Source: the human T2T-CHM13v2.0 reference genome, Homo sapiens. Taken from it: a stretch of 64,000 bases of DNA. The notes under the pieces were generated by a model, which was given only the letters and a program-made list of their open reading frames with translations, was not told the origin of the DNA and searched no databases. This document shows positions 13,720 through 27,142 of this stretch, piece by piece; the stretch's first letter is position 1; each line of letters starts with the position of its first letter. The position numbers and the translations under genes were made by a program. Where the stretch lies: NCBI RefSeq assembly GCF_009914755.1, contig NC_060926.1, one strand, 5' to 3'.

Positions 13720-14599
13720 CAACCTATGCTTGCCCCTGTTGTAATACTTACCACCCATCCATCTTCTCTGCAAGCCTATGACCACCAAAGCAGACCTATC
13801 TTTTTCATCTTTGTCCCTCTCCCATCCAGTACCCGGGGCATAGTCACTCTTATTCCCTATTTGTTGAATAAATGAATGAGTATAGAACTTCAAACTCCAC
13901 CCTCCCAACTGTGTGACCCTTAGGCAAATTCCTTTACCTCCCTAATCCCAATCATGCAGAGTTGATGTAATAGAGATAAAGTCAAAGTGGTAGCAATCAT
14001 TATTATTACCTGAGTCCTATTTGCCAAAAATTATGTATGGCAGTGATCATGCAGCTTAGAAAAGTAGAAAGCAAAGGCCAGGATGCCCCAGGTTCTAAGG
14101 GGGGCCTGAGTATTGCATGCAGCCCTAAGGCTCACAAAGAAGCTGGAGAAAAAGGAGGCAGAGAAAGGGGAAGCAGAGGACACCTCTCTTCAAGGGCCAG
14201 CCTGCACCACTCTGTCAGCTGACTTCAGGAAGTTCAGCTGGCCTGACTGGCAAGGGGTGCAGGGGCCAAGAACATGGCCTTCACCTTCCAGCTAGAAGTC
14301 ATGGGCCTCTTGGCATCTTCAGGCATCAGCATCATTCCCCACGATCAACTCCGGGGACTTAATTTCTCACTATTTGCCTTTTGTACTCAGGTGTTGCTTC
14401 ACATTCTTTGAGGAAATCCTTCTAATCCCACTCAGCTTTCTGCCTTCACAGAGCCTGCAGAGGGAAGTTGTGCAAAGTCAACAGGATGGTGGAGGGCGGT
14501 GACACAGCATCGAAGGTAATGGAAGGCACCTGCTGAGTGCTCCCTCCTCAGTGCCACTGCACTTGGGACAGGCCTGTCTTCTAGCGGGCAACAGGTTAA

Positions 14600-14770
14600 A
14601 TTGTGTCATATGATTTTCACAAACACCTTGAAAATCCCCATTTTACAGATGAGCAAACTGAGGCACAGAGCCCTGAAAAAATGTTTTCAAAGTCACCCAG
14701 AGACTAGCAGTTGTCAGATCTAGGACTCAGACCCTGATGTGTCTTCTTCAGGGTGTGTTTGACACACTGA
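14600..14770 (-). mobile_element. MIR
   Basis: 'ccccattttacagatgagcaaactgaggcacagag' is the MIR core, reverse strand. Confidence 0.8.
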
Positions 14771-14879
14771 GCCACCTTGTCTCCCCAAATAAGTCAATGA
14801 TATATGTGCAATGTTCTGCAGGCCCAGCTACACAAGGGCAGCACAAAATCCAAAAATCCAGTAAGATGAGGTTGGGGTA

Positions 14880-15184
<305 letters not shown>

Positions 15185-15519
15185 AAGATGAGGTTGGGGT
15201 AGAGATGCAACTTAGCAGAGAAACCCAAGGGACTAGGTCTGGCCATGAGCCTGAATGGAAGGCCCAAGCTATTGGCCCATTACCCTGTTTCTCTGTTCTT
15301 TGCAGGCACAGGTGTCTCTGGGCTCATGGGGGTTACCAAAGCCAGAGGAAGATTAAAGGTCCATAGGCCACCCTGTTCCAGGATGAGGCAGGGTTAGAGA
15401 GTGAGGATTACTACATTACTTTTCTGTAAAGAATCTATTCTTTAACCAAGAATGTGATTATTTCCTTCCATGGAATATTCCAGCAGCATGATATGAAGAT
15501 AAGTGGGTATCTAGAATTT

Positions 15520-15690
15520 CACAAGTGTTTAACCTCTCTGTGCCTCTCTTCCCACATCTGTAAAAAGGGGCTCATCATGGTATCCATCTCACAGAGTTGT
15601 TACAAGAACTAATCTAGTTGATAGGTGCAAAGTGTTTGGAATAATGCTTACTACACAGTAAGCACAATATATGTATACTGTTATTATATT
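15520..15690 (+). mobile_element. MIR
   Basis: 'ttaacctctctgtgcctc...catctgtaaaaagggg...cacagtaagcac'. Confidence 0.8.
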
Positions 15691-16679
15691 TTCTTCTAAT
15701 GCTTTCATTTTTATGAATTTTAAAAATAATTACATATTAGTGATTGTAGTCTTCTCAAAATACAGACTAATTTTGATGGATGTGGTTGTAACCTATTTTT
15801 CAAATAATTGCTGCTTTAAATTGAATACTATCTCCCAATAACTTGACAAGTGGCATATTTATTGATGTCCTAAATTTTGTGTGTTTTTTTCTCAGTCATG
15901 TCTAACTTAATTATTTTATTCAGACAGTGAAAAATACTCCATCTGACAGACTGCTAACTACATAATTGCTTTAAAGTAAATCTTAGCAGGTGAATTTTAT
16001 TTTCCAGTGGTAACATGCGTTTTCTGATGTACAAGAGGAAAAAACCCAGGCTTTAATAGCTGCAACATCATTTCACATCTATACAAAATTTAAAACTCAG
16101 AGAGGGAGTATGAATTCTTGGTTGAAGTAAAGGAGACCCAAGATTCTAATCTTAGTATAAAAAAAGTCCAGACTGGCAGCTTTGAAATGATTATATCTGC
16201 TACCTTCTAAATTGCTGTGAGCCAGACAATGGAGTAACAAAGGACAAGAGTTACTTTCCTATTAGCATATATGTCATGTTTAATCAATCAGAAGAGAACT
16301 GTAACTACTTTGCTCTCTTTTTAGCAAACTTTAAAGTACGAAATTCATGAACTTATAAAGTAAATGTCATCCTGTTTGGATAGTAATAGTTTTATAGGCA
16401 ATTTGTTGCAAATTTTATTCAGATAACTTGTAATTATTTCCTTTCCTGCTCATCTTCAATTCTATAGGCCATTTCAGACACAAACATAAGGGCTATAGAT
16501 ACAAAAATGGCTCAGTGTTACAATCTAATTATTATAATATTTTTTGTATTGTTACTAAGGTCTAATTATTGTAATGCAATGCCTTAGACCCACTCCTCCA
16601 AACAAGTGTCACATGGGTGGAAGAGAGAAATGGTCAAGTAACACAACTTCTTGAACCTCCATCATCCATCAGGAGACAC

Positions 16680-16930
16680 AGCATGGTTTGAAGGACGGTA
16701 GATGAGAAATAAGGACTTTGGAACCAAATAACCTGGCATTCATATCCTAGAGTCCACCCTTGGCCAAGATATTTAATGTTGTAGAAGCTTTATTTCCTTT
16801 ACTGTAAAATGGGGATATTCACACCATCCTCAATGGATTTATTTGAAATTAAATTGAGATTACATATATCTATAGTATATATAGAGAAAGTCACTTGAGG
16901 TAAGCACTTAAGACGTGACATATTTTGCTA
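16680..16930 (+). mobile_element. MIR
   Basis: 'ggactttggaacc...ctgtaaaatggggata...attaaattgagat...taagcactta'. Confidence 0.7.
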
Positions 16931-18087
16931 GGTGGATCATCCTGTATGCCTTTCCATTCATGTTCTAGCATTGTGACTACCCAGCTATTAGAGTTCTCTG
17001 CCTCTAAACTGAGAGAACTGTCTCTGGAACATAGTTTCCTGAGCTTGTCTTCCCTCCCCAAGGGGAAGCAACAGCCTGGTGGTAATTTTTCAGGCTGGGC
17101 TCAGAGAGGCAAAGTGAGCTGCTCAAAGTTGACTTGAAAAACTGGGGCTAAAAGAGAGAAGCTAACTGCCTTTGAGATTTGTCTCATCAAATCCTGCTGC
17201 ATTTTCTTAGGTGCTTGGCATAAACTGTATCCATTCCATCAACTTCTCTGGGGTTTAGGAACATAGGATGTTTCTAGCAAAGACTTCCACCCAATCATGA
17301 CACTTACAACCTCACATGGTGGGAAATGAGCCAGGCCAAATGACTTCTCTCAAACTTCTCAACCAAGGCGTGCCCTGTATTGAAAAATGAGAACCCATTC
17401 CCTAGGTGATGACACAGTTTGGGTGTGTCCATTCCTGAACTGCTCCCCTCTTTGATGAATTATTCTTGGCAGGATGATTTTTACATATTGAAATCATCAT
17501 TTAACCACAGTCTCTGGACCCCATGAGCCCTCTTTGCCTTCAGTAGAATCTACCCCAAGACATGGGCTTGCTTTTCTGGATGCTCTCTGTCTACTAGATT
17601 TAAAGACCACTGGATGGGAATGCAGAGGCCTGACTTCCACTTCTTCCTAGATGGGAGACTCAGTCAAGTCACCGCTTGGCTTCAGTATCTTCCTTAATAA
17701 ATTATAGGGACTAATGAGTGCCCTGTCTCTTTCACTAGGGCTCATCAAAGCAACCACTGTGTAGGAAAAGGCTTTGAAAAGGTGCAATGTTATATGAGTA
17801 TAAATGAATTTGTACTGTTAATTGCTCCTTTCTCTGAAGTATCTTTTGCTCCCACCATCTACCTTCTTGCGTGGGACTCGGTGCATCCCACATCTACAAC
17901 CCACCTCCTGATGAGGGACACTACATGCTCTTGGCAAGAGAGACTATGTCAAAAAATTATTTTGTATCTTCCACAGAACCTGATTTTAATAGGTACCTGA
18001 TTTTAAAATAATAATAACCACCTAGTACCAGGCACAGAACAAATGCCTGATTAAAATTTCAAATGAATTAAACTGAATTGACCTAAG

Positions 18088-18426
18088 TCAGGCATGTCAA
18101 AAAGCCTAGGGAGGCAAGTCTGGCAATGCAAATTAGTGTAACAGACCAGGTCAGAAGGGCAATAGGGCGGAGGCAAATTGAGGGGCATACACCCTATTTA
18201 GAGGAGCAGCCACTGTTTAGCATTAGTCACTTGCAGACAAGCTGGAATGTGGCTCGGGCTTGCCAGGTAAACTGATTTTTCAAGACAGCCAGCATCCTGT
18301 TTTCATGTGAAAATATTAAAATCTGATTCAAATTTTTCAAAACACCATGGGAACCAACAATTGCACGCTAAGCAAGAAGGTTCAAGGGCCACAGTTGGCC
18401 TGTGGGCCCCAAGTTTACAACCTGTG
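18088..18426 (-). mobile_element. hAT-Charlie non-autonomous element (MER102-like)
   Basis: 'tgatttttcaagacagccag...tttcatgtgaaa...ggcctgtgggccccaagtttacaacc'. Confidence 0.5.
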
Positions 18427-18964
18427 ACTTAACAATTCAGAGTCAACCATCCATGCCTCACTATAGCAAATAAAAGCAAAGACAAAGATTTCCCATCACA
18501 CCCAATCCTAATTCTCCTAGCAGCACACTGGAACAACAAGACTCAACCCAATCCCTGATAGTCCCATAGGCCCTACAACCTCCCAGCCACCTGTGGTGAA
18601 TGACCAATATGCTCCTCCGTATGCCATGTGCAACTTATGCTATGTGCAACTCAGCCACTTAGCACAGAATTTCACAATACCTAAATTGGTCAATGCCCCA
18701 TTCAATAAGATAAGCCCACTAACCACATGCTTGGATGCCACAGCAGAATGAAATTGCTCTACGTTTCCAGACACTTGCTCTTCAGTTCTACATTTAGCTC
18801 ATGGTGCCTGGTGCCAAGCTGCAGGTCATGCTGAGAGGTCTGGGCCACACCTCCCCATGGAGCTGTGCTCAAGGTGCACCATCTTTATCCTCTCCCTATT
18901 TCTCCCACTGGAGGAGAAGCTCAAGGCTGGTGCTGAAAACAGCTCAGTACACTAAATTGGCCTC

Positions 18965-19203
18965 ATCACTTGAGCCCAGGAGTTCAAGACCAGCCTGGGA
19001 AACATGGCAAATCCCTGTCTCTACTAAAAACACAAAAATTAGCCAGGTGTGGTGGTGTGCGCCTGTAGTCCCAGCTACTCAGGAGGCTGAGGTGGGAGGA
19101 TCACTTGAACCTGGGAGGTCGAAGCTGCACCAAGCCATATTCATGCCACTGCACTCCAGCCTGGGTGACAGAGTGAGACCCTGTCTCAAAAACAAACAAA
19201 AAA
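18965..19203 (+). mobile_element. 5'-truncated AluJ
   Basis: Starts at 'atcacttgagcccaggagttcaagaccagcc' and ends in an A-rich tail; no clear TSD. Confidence 0.9.
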
Positions 19204-19275
19204 CTCAGATTCAGATTTCTGGGCCCCAACCCAGGCATTCTGATTCTGTAGTTCTGGGGATGGAGCATTTAAACG
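19204..19275. mobile_element. MER5-like DNA transposon fragment (arm 1)
   Basis: 'cagatttctgggccccaacccag...tctgattctgtagttctgggg' resembles the MER5A centre. Confidence 0.7.
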
Positions 19276-19429
19276 TGAGCAGTTGTTAGTTTTAAGTGTC
19301 TCTGGCTTGAGAGTCTGGAGGTCCCTGTCGTTATAGACTACATAAATGAGGGCAATGCCAACAAGGCAAAGTCTAAGGGATCCCCAGACCAGAATTCATG
19401 GCTGATGGTGGTGCCGGGGACTCACTCAC

Positions 19430-19520
19430 AGGGCAGGTCTTTGAACTCCATCCCTAGAACTACAGAATCAGAATCTCTGGGTTGAAGCCCAGCAATCTGG
19501 ATTTTTATAAAGTTACTTGA
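19430..19520. mobile_element. MER5-like DNA transposon fragment (arm 2, inverted relative to arm 1)
   Basis: 'gaactacagaatcagaatctctggg...cccagcaatctg'. Confidence 0.7.
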
Positions 19521-19734
19521 CCAAGGTTCTACACGGAGATAGAATTATGTGATATGTAGGTGGCTGCAAAGTTTGAATGAAAGCTTAGTGGGAAAGATAA
19601 AGTAGAGAGAATCAACAGGGCTGAAACAGAGGATGTCTGAGCTTCCTTCTGGTGCTGACATTCTGGGACTTTAGTATTCTTATTTACGGGAGCTCATTCT
19701 TCAAGGTGCAGCCCTTTACATTCTAATTCTAGGA

Positions 19735-19975
19735 CAGTATGCAGCAAGATTCAACACTCAGTCTTCAGAGTGAGCCCTCATCCTGTCACTCACTAGCCGG
19801 GGAACCTTGGAGAAGTGACTTAACTTCTCTGGGCGTCAGTTCCCTGACCTGTAAAATGGAGGTATAAACGTCCCTATGTCCTGGTGCTATGAATATTAAA
19901 CACAATAATGTGTGGAAAACCCTTAGCACGCTGCCTGCACATAAGGGTCTTCATAATATTAGTTTAGTTAGCTGC
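19735..19975 (+). mobile_element. MIR
   Basis: 'ccttggagaagtgacttaacttctctggg...cagttccctgacctgtaaaatgg'. Confidence 0.8.
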
Positions 19976-20369
19976 TGTTGAAGGAATGAAGGGGCGGGGC
20001 CTCCTGTGACTACCTTTTTCTTGCTGGAGTCCAGAGTCAGATACAGGCAGATGCATAAACCACCCCACCCCACCTCCTCCCTGTTAACACCCACCCCAGC
20101 TGCCTGTGTACCCTGGGTTACCGGAGGCCACCCACCACTTGCCCCGCCCAGTAATGCCCCACTCTTCCTAGTCAGCTCCCTTTTCTACCCAAGAAACTCT
20201 GATTCTCAAGTTGTGTGATAAGGCACCAGTGAAAAGAAGCTTCCGTGATCAAAAACAGTTTTGAAAATGTAAGTTAACATAGTCCCTTCTGGGAGATTCA
20301 CCCACATTCACTAACACTCCAAAATGGACACTGTGGAAGGTTTCTGCGCCACTCTCATTAAGCCTTTCT

Positions 20370-20637
20370 CTTGAGCAACCCCCTTTCCACTTCAGAGGGA
20401 AGGAAGTGGCACTGCCACGCAATAGGTGGTGCCTGATTGGACCACAAGAGGCATGTGACCTGACAAGACCCAATCAGATTCTCCCCGTGCAACCCTGCCC
20501 CAGGCCCCCTCGTGTTCACTCAGCCTCTCCCTCTACTTTGCTTTTAGAGCAACTCCCTCTAAGTTGCTTTTTTTTTTTTTTCAATCTAACTGCATGGAGT
20601 TTCTGTTATATTGAGCCAAAAGGACCTCATTAGTACA
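20370..20637 (+). mobile_element. Old MaLR LTR (MLT1J/K-like) fragment
   Basis: 'tgattgg...ggcatgtgacc...ccaatcagattctc' and the 3' end 'gagtttctgtta...ccaaaagg...tagtaca'. Confidence 0.5.
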
Positions 20638-20869
20638 CATATTTAAAACTCTGAGGAGCCCTACAGTAAAGAATCCTGTTTAACTTTTCTTTCACCCAGT
20701 TCTGCCCAGGGTTACTTGACCAGGAAACTCTTTTCTTAGTAGGTCTAATAGCCTCACATGCAACTCGTGCTGGAGGATCAGGGGTGATGCTGACCTGGTG
20801 CCAGCCCTTGGGAGCCAGCCATCAGAAAGGGTGATCAGAAAGGTGACAGGCAGTGTGGCCTCTGGAAAA

Positions 20870-21000
20870 TTACCACTCTGCCTCAACCTCAGTTTTCTCA
20901 TCTGTAAAACGGGAAGAATAATAATTACCCAACAGAATTAAATACGACATATATGGAAACTGACTAGCTCTGGTAAGTGCACAGCACACGTTAGTTCTCA
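20870..21000 (+). mobile_element. MIR
   Basis: 'cctcagttttctcatctgtaaaacggg...aataataattacc'. Confidence 0.75.
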
Positions 21001-21184
21001 GCCCCTAAGAACAGGTTAACAATGAAACTTACATGTATCCATGTTTTCATTCACCTACTATTAGCATGGAGGCCACCTAGGGTTCTTTACATTTCTTGAG
21101 CACCAAACCCACTCAACTGTAAGCTTCTTAGAGGGAGAGACTTTGTCTGAGTCAAATTACCACCACAGGGACTGGCATAAGACT

Positions 21185-21466
21185 GGCATGTAGAATGCCC
21201 TCAATAAATACCTAGTGGAAGGAAGGAAGGGAGGGAAAGAAGGAGGGAGGGAGGGAATAAGGAAGAAGAGTAGGAGGGAAGGAATATCCTAGTGAGACAG
21301 CAAGGCATATAGAATGCCCTCAATAAATACCTAGTGGGTATTTAGAAGGAAGGGAGGGAAAGAGGGAGGGAAAGAGGGAGGGAAAGAAGGAGGGAAAGAG
21401 GGAGGGAGGGAGGGAGTAAGAAAGAAGGAAGAGTAGGAGGGAAGGAATATCCTAGTGAGACAGCAA
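21185..21466. repeat. Tandem duplication (119 bp + 163 bp) of an L2-like 3' end with GGA-rich microsatellite
   Basis: 'ggcatrtagaatgccctcaataaatacctagtgg' and 'gaagagtaggagggaaggaatatcctagtgagacagcaa' each occur twice in register. Confidence 0.92.
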
Positions 21467-22010
21467 TTCCTTAACACAAAGAAGTGGCTCTGTAATGGAT
21501 CCAATTCCCAGCACTCCCAAAGGACCAAGGAGAGAGATTCCTACCCATTGGAGAGGGTTTCCCAGGATTTTCCCATTCCAATATACACCAACTTCTCCTC
21601 AATCCCCCTGAGAGGACACCTCCCACCTAAAACACATGGAAGGAGAGTCGCTGATATGCAGAACTTGAGATGCTGGTGGGAACTCTGGGAATACCATCTG
21701 TTTTTATTTTTACATTAGTTCTATTACAGGGTTAACAGGATGAGGTCTTCATTCTCCAAGAGCAGTTAGGAAACTCTAGAGTCCATTTCTAGCTGTCCTT
21801 CAGGCAGAGGTTCTGCTGACCAAGGGAAAATGTCAGCCAGCCTCACATAGAGCATGCTCACCCAGGCATCGTTAGGGGTGACTATTCAACTCTTTATTTC
21901 ATTGTGTGCAATACCACCCAAGAGGCCCTTCCTTTTTCTGAGCTAATTTGAGATAGGTTCTTGACATTTGCAACCAAAGAGACCTAGCTAGCACCCCAAG
22001 ATGCTAAAGA

Positions 22011-22095
22011 TGTATATGTGTGTGTACATGCATGTAGTGTGTATGTGTGTGTATATGTGTGTATATGTATGCATGCATGTGTGTTTGTGTATGTG
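22011..22095. repeat. Degenerate (TG/TA)n
   Basis: Read directly. Confidence 0.8.
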
Positions 22096-22099
22096 AAAA

Positions 22100-22830
22100 A
22101 GAGTAAGCCCCCACCCTTCAGGAGCTACAGTCCAGTGAGGAAGAAATGCAGGTGCATAGGTAGCAACTGGAGGTTACAACAAGGTTACACTACTCAGTGC
22201 CCACAAACAGACGCTACCTGTGCTCAAGGATAAGTAGGAGGAGTGTTACCTACAGAAGGAACAGAATTTGCAAAGTCAAAAAGTGAGAACTCACAGGGCA
22301 CTGTCAGGGAACAAAAAAATAATTCCAGTTGGGTGCAGATGAGTAGAAGGAGGGGAGGAGGAGAGACAAGACTGGGGATGTGGGCAGGGACCAGGCTATG
22401 GGGGTCTTGCAAGCCTGTACGTGTGTCTCAACTTCCTTCTACTAGCAATGGGAGCCATAGAGAGATTAGGCAAGGAAATGGCATGATAATGATTTTATTT
22501 CAAAAGGTGACTCTAGCTGCAGAGTGGAAGGTGGGCCCACAGGCAAAGTCCAGAGTCAGGGAAACCACCCCTGAGGCCGGGGCTCTAATCCATCTGAGAA
22601 AAGTGATTACCAAAACCACATCAGGGAAGTGGAAGTCCAGAAAAGGGACCAGTTGGAGGGAGGTGAAGGTACAGGGCCTGAAGACAGATTGGATGGGGGC
22701 CCTGATGGAGAGAACTGGTAAAGAATGACTCCCAGGTCCTCTCCTGGGTGGACCCCTGGCCGGCCAACGGTGCCATTCACAGGGGTGAAAGGTCAGGTCT
22801 CAGGGAGCCAGTGATGAGCTCAGCATTGTA
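22100..22830 (-). mobile_element. L2 fragment
   Basis: 'ccttcaggagctacagtccagtg', 'caatgggagccat', 'aaaaggtgactctagctgcagagtgga' match reversed L2 3' region. Confidence 0.65.
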
Positions 22831-22946
22831 GCTCCAAATTTCCCCTGGGAGTTGAGTTTGGCTGGAGCTTAAATTAGTATAAGGGAGTTGTAGAAGCTAA
22901 TATTCCCACAACAAACATTTAAGACAATTTCAAATATATATATCTA

Positions 22947-22954
22947 CACACACA

Positions 22955-22993
<39 letters not shown>
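22947..22993. repeat. (CA)n microsatellite
   Basis: Read directly. Confidence 0.95.
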
Positions 22994-22995
<2 letters not shown>

Positions 22996-24724
22996 CCATC
23001 CCCAGAGACTTTCATTACCATCTATATATGGATCACACATATACAGAATTCTTGGATGTTTGAGTGCAAGTGATAGAGTATCTGCCTAAGAATAGCTTAA
23101 ACAAAAAAGGACTTTAGGACATTTTAATCATATCTGGGATGAGACACATTGCATTTGTGGTACCAGGCTGGATCAGTAGCTCAATAAAGGACCCCACTCA
23201 TCCCATCTCTCTGCTATGCATCCTCAAGAGCTTGTCTCCCCTCATGTCAACTGTATCTTATCTCAGAACTCCATGCATGTCTTTCAAGGCACATAGACTC
23301 AACTCACAGTCAGAATAGAGCCCTGACTTCTGGAGCCCACAGGCATCCATTCCTATCCTGGCTCTGCCTCTATGATGTTGGCACACCGGGGCCTCAGTTT
23401 TCTCGTAGAGCAAATGGAGAGCAAAATTGGATACCAATGGAGGGCTCGATATCTTGAAAGCATTAGGATGCATTTTTCTTCAAAATTCCGAACCCACTGG
23501 TCAGATGGATTCATCAAGTATGTGTGCAAAGGGTCTCCAGGCTTCCTGAAGCAAACAGCCTTCAGTTCTTTGGGCCTCTTCTCAAAGGATCCACTTCCAC
23601 TCACTGTTCTCAGCTCCTCTCAGGATTCTGGCTCTGGTAACAAGGTAGAAGGCACATCCCCCTACACGACCCCACTTTCAAGACCTGCCAGGCAACAGGC
23701 TCAGGGATGCCTTTTGCCCTTCCCTCTTCTCCACCTAACAAAGCACTGTGCAGAAACCACAACCATACCACCCGACGTGTGAGTCCAGGGGCTTTCCCCT
23801 CAGCCTGCAGGGAGAGGAGCGGGGGCAGGAGAAGGAAGGAGAAGGTACAAGGGCCTGCCACTCGCACCTCACTTATTTGTAAGTAGGCCATGTGGTTTCA
23901 CTTTGCACCCACTTCTCCAGGGAAAGTCTGCATGTTAGCACCTGGGGACACCTGTCTCCAATTAGCCCAAACATTTCCCTAAGAAATGATACCCCCAAAG
24001 AGATGGGCCCATCGGTCTCCCCCAAGCTACAGAGAGAGCCATGGCTTTGTCCAAACTTTTGAACCAGCTTCATGCGGAAATAGGAGAGGGTTGGAGGTGG
24101 GAGGCGTGGGGAAAGCTTCCATGAGCAGCAGGGCAAAAAAGCAGAAGAAACACCTCCCTACCCCTAAACCTTTGTGCTGGCCCTAGACACCTGGTGGCCT
24201 TGTGGCTGCCAGGCATGGAGATGTTTGGCATTCCTCAGTGGCCAGGCTGGGCCTGAAATGGAAGCCAGCCTATCCAGAGAGCTTCAGAGGGCGCTGGGGA
24301 CTGCGGGGTCACCATTTTGGGGTCTGGCTGGATTTCATGGTTCCAACAGTCAGGATGATTTGCTGAGGATTCCAGCCCACTGGGCTGCCTGCTGTGAGGC
24401 CTCACCCAGCTGGCAAAAGGCAGCCAGTTGCTCTGCGGGGCCTTCAATAACACTAGAAAAACAAAATAATCCCTCCTCCTCTTGGCTGCCTCGAGAGTTC
24501 CTTTTTAACACATTTGATTGACTGAAAGTAAATTACTTATTCTCACATCTTCACCAGGAGATTAGACTTCCATTATGGAGCTAATAGGCCTCAGTCCTAA
24601 CACAGAGATTGAGAAGGGATGCATTGTTAGAACCACAAGCACACGCTCACTGTAATTGGCTTCCTGGGTCTCCTGGCAAGCAGGCCAGGTAAAATCCTCA
24701 TGGTTTTGCCATTTGGGTTTTTTT

Positions 24725-25219
24725 GAGTTTTTAAAATTCACATACCATAAAATTGACATATAATTCACAAACCATAAAATCCACCCATTGAATTAAAAGT
24801 GTACAAGTCAATGCTGTTAGTATATTCACACAGTTGTGTAACCATCACCACAATCTAATTTTAGAACATTTCCATCACTCCAAAGAGAAACTCCTTGGCA
24901 GTCACCCCTTATTCTCCCGTCCCCGCAGCTCCTGGGAAGACCTCATCTACTTTCTTTCTTTATGTATTTTCCTATTCTAGATATTTCATAGAAATAAAAT
25001 CAAATAATATTTGTCATTTTATGTCTGCCTTTCACTTCACATAATGTTTTCAAGATTCATTCATGTTATATAGCATGTATCAATACTTCATCCCATTTTA
25101 AGGCTGAATACTATTCCATTGCATGGATAAACCACATTTTATTTATCCATTTGTCAGCTGATGGACGTTTGGGTTGTTTCCACTTTTTTGGCTATTATGT
25201 ATAATGCTACTGTTCATGA
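24725..25219 (-). mobile_element. L1MB-type 3' end
   Basis: 'taattcacaaaccataaaat...tagtatattcacacagttgtgtaaccatcaccacaatctaattttagaacatt...ggctgaatactattccattg'. Confidence 0.85.
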
Positions 25220-25524
<305 letters not shown>

Positions 25525-25769
25525 TTTGGGTTCTTTTCTTTGATTTCTTTCTGGAAGACAAGGCTCAAACTGTCCACCTGTGTTTCTCAACAGCTACTAT
25601 TAATTTTTCCTCTGTTGTTTCTTAGAGATAACATGCACAATGTGGATAGCCCTGTGCTTGGCACTGAGGTGGACCTCAATCAGCAAAAGTTGGTATTGAG
25701 GTGATTCTAAACTGAAGCCAACCATGATCCTTAGCCTTGGTGAACAAGATCAGCCAGAGGGGTGATTTA

Positions 25770-25895
25770 AGGGAGGCAGTTCTGGCTGTAGGAGATCAGA
25801 CGACCTGAGTTTGAGTTCTGACTTCACAACTAAGTAACCATAAGGTCTTATGTCAGATGCTTCACCTTTCTGAGTTTTCATTTTTTCCATTTATA
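25770..25895 (+). mobile_element. MIR
   Basis: 'gacctgagtttgagttctgact...cttcacctttctgagtttt'. Confidence 0.55.
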
Positions 25896-26120
25896 TATCA
25901 GAGACCCAGCAAATACATATACCCGAAACAATTATGATGCTCCATCACCTTGTTAGTGACTGATTTAGATATGTGCTGCCCTCCCTTGCCATGGCAAAAA
26001 ATAGAAAAAATATAGATATACACACAGACAAACACATACATACGTACATACATATAATAAATCTTGGGGGGAGATCTTGGGTTACTAGAGAATGTTAGGG
26101 CCATATTGAAGTGGGTTCTC

Positions 26121-26405
26121 AGACAGGTGCTGTGGCTCAAGCCTGTAATCTTAACACTTTGGGCAGCCAAGACAGGAGGGTACCTTGAGCCCAGGAGTTC
26201 ATGACCAGCCTGGGCAACATGGTGAAACCCTGTCTCTATAAAAGAAAATGCAAAAATTAACCAGTCATGGTGGCACACCCCTGTAGTCCCAGCTACTCAG
26301 GAGGCTGAGGTGGGAGGACGATTTGAGCCTGGGAGGCGAAGGTTTCAATGAGCTGAGATTCCACCACTGCACTGCAGCCTGGGTAACAGAGTGAGACCTG
26401 GTACC
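26121..26405 (+). mobile_element. AluJ
   Basis: Full Alu body with 'cttgagcccaggagttc' and 'ggtgggaggacgatttgagcctgg'; tail replaced by a purine tract. Confidence 0.92.
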
Positions 26406-26613
26406 AGAAAAGGAAGGAAGGAAGGAAGGAAGGAAGGAAGGAAGGAAGGAAGGAAGGAGAAAGAGAGAGAAGGAAGGAAGGAAGGAAGGAAAAGGAAGGA
26501 AAGAAGGAAAAGGAAGGAAGGAAGGAAAAGGAAGAAAGGACGGAAAAGGAAGGAAGGAGGGAAGGAGGGAGGGAGGGAAAGAAAGAAAGAAAAAAGAAAG
26601 AGAGAGAGAAAGG

Positions 26614-26646
<33 letters not shown>

Positions 26647-26853
26647 AGAGAGAGAGAAGGAAGGAAGGAAGGAAGGGAGGGAGGGAAAGAAAGAAGGAAG
26701 GAAAGAAGAGAGAAAGAGAAAGAAAGAAAGATGGAAAGAAAGAAAGAAGAGAAGAGAAGAGAAAGAGAGGGAGGGAGGGAGAGAAGGAAGGAAGGAAAGA
26801 AGGAAGGAAGGAAGGAAGGGAGGGAGGGAAAGAAAGAAGGAAGGAAAGAAGAA

Positions 26854-26884
<31 letters not shown>

Positions 26885-27077
26885 AAGACGTAAAGAAAGA
26901 AAGAAAGAAATATAGAAAGAAAGAAAGAAGAGAGGAGAAGAGAAGAGAAAGGGAGGGAGGGAGAGAAAGAAGGAAGGAAGGGAGGGAGGGAAAGAAAGAA
27001 GGAAGGAAAGAAGAAAGAAAGAGAAAGAAAGAGAAAGAAAGAAAGAAAGAAAAGAAAGAAAGGAAGGAAGGAAGGAA

Positions 27078-27142
<65 letters not shown>

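Noticed and set aside
18620-18651. Small 2-copy duplications (16 bp here; also 17978-18006, 24735-24780, 55220-55252)
   Set aside because: Common slippage by-products; nothing suggests function
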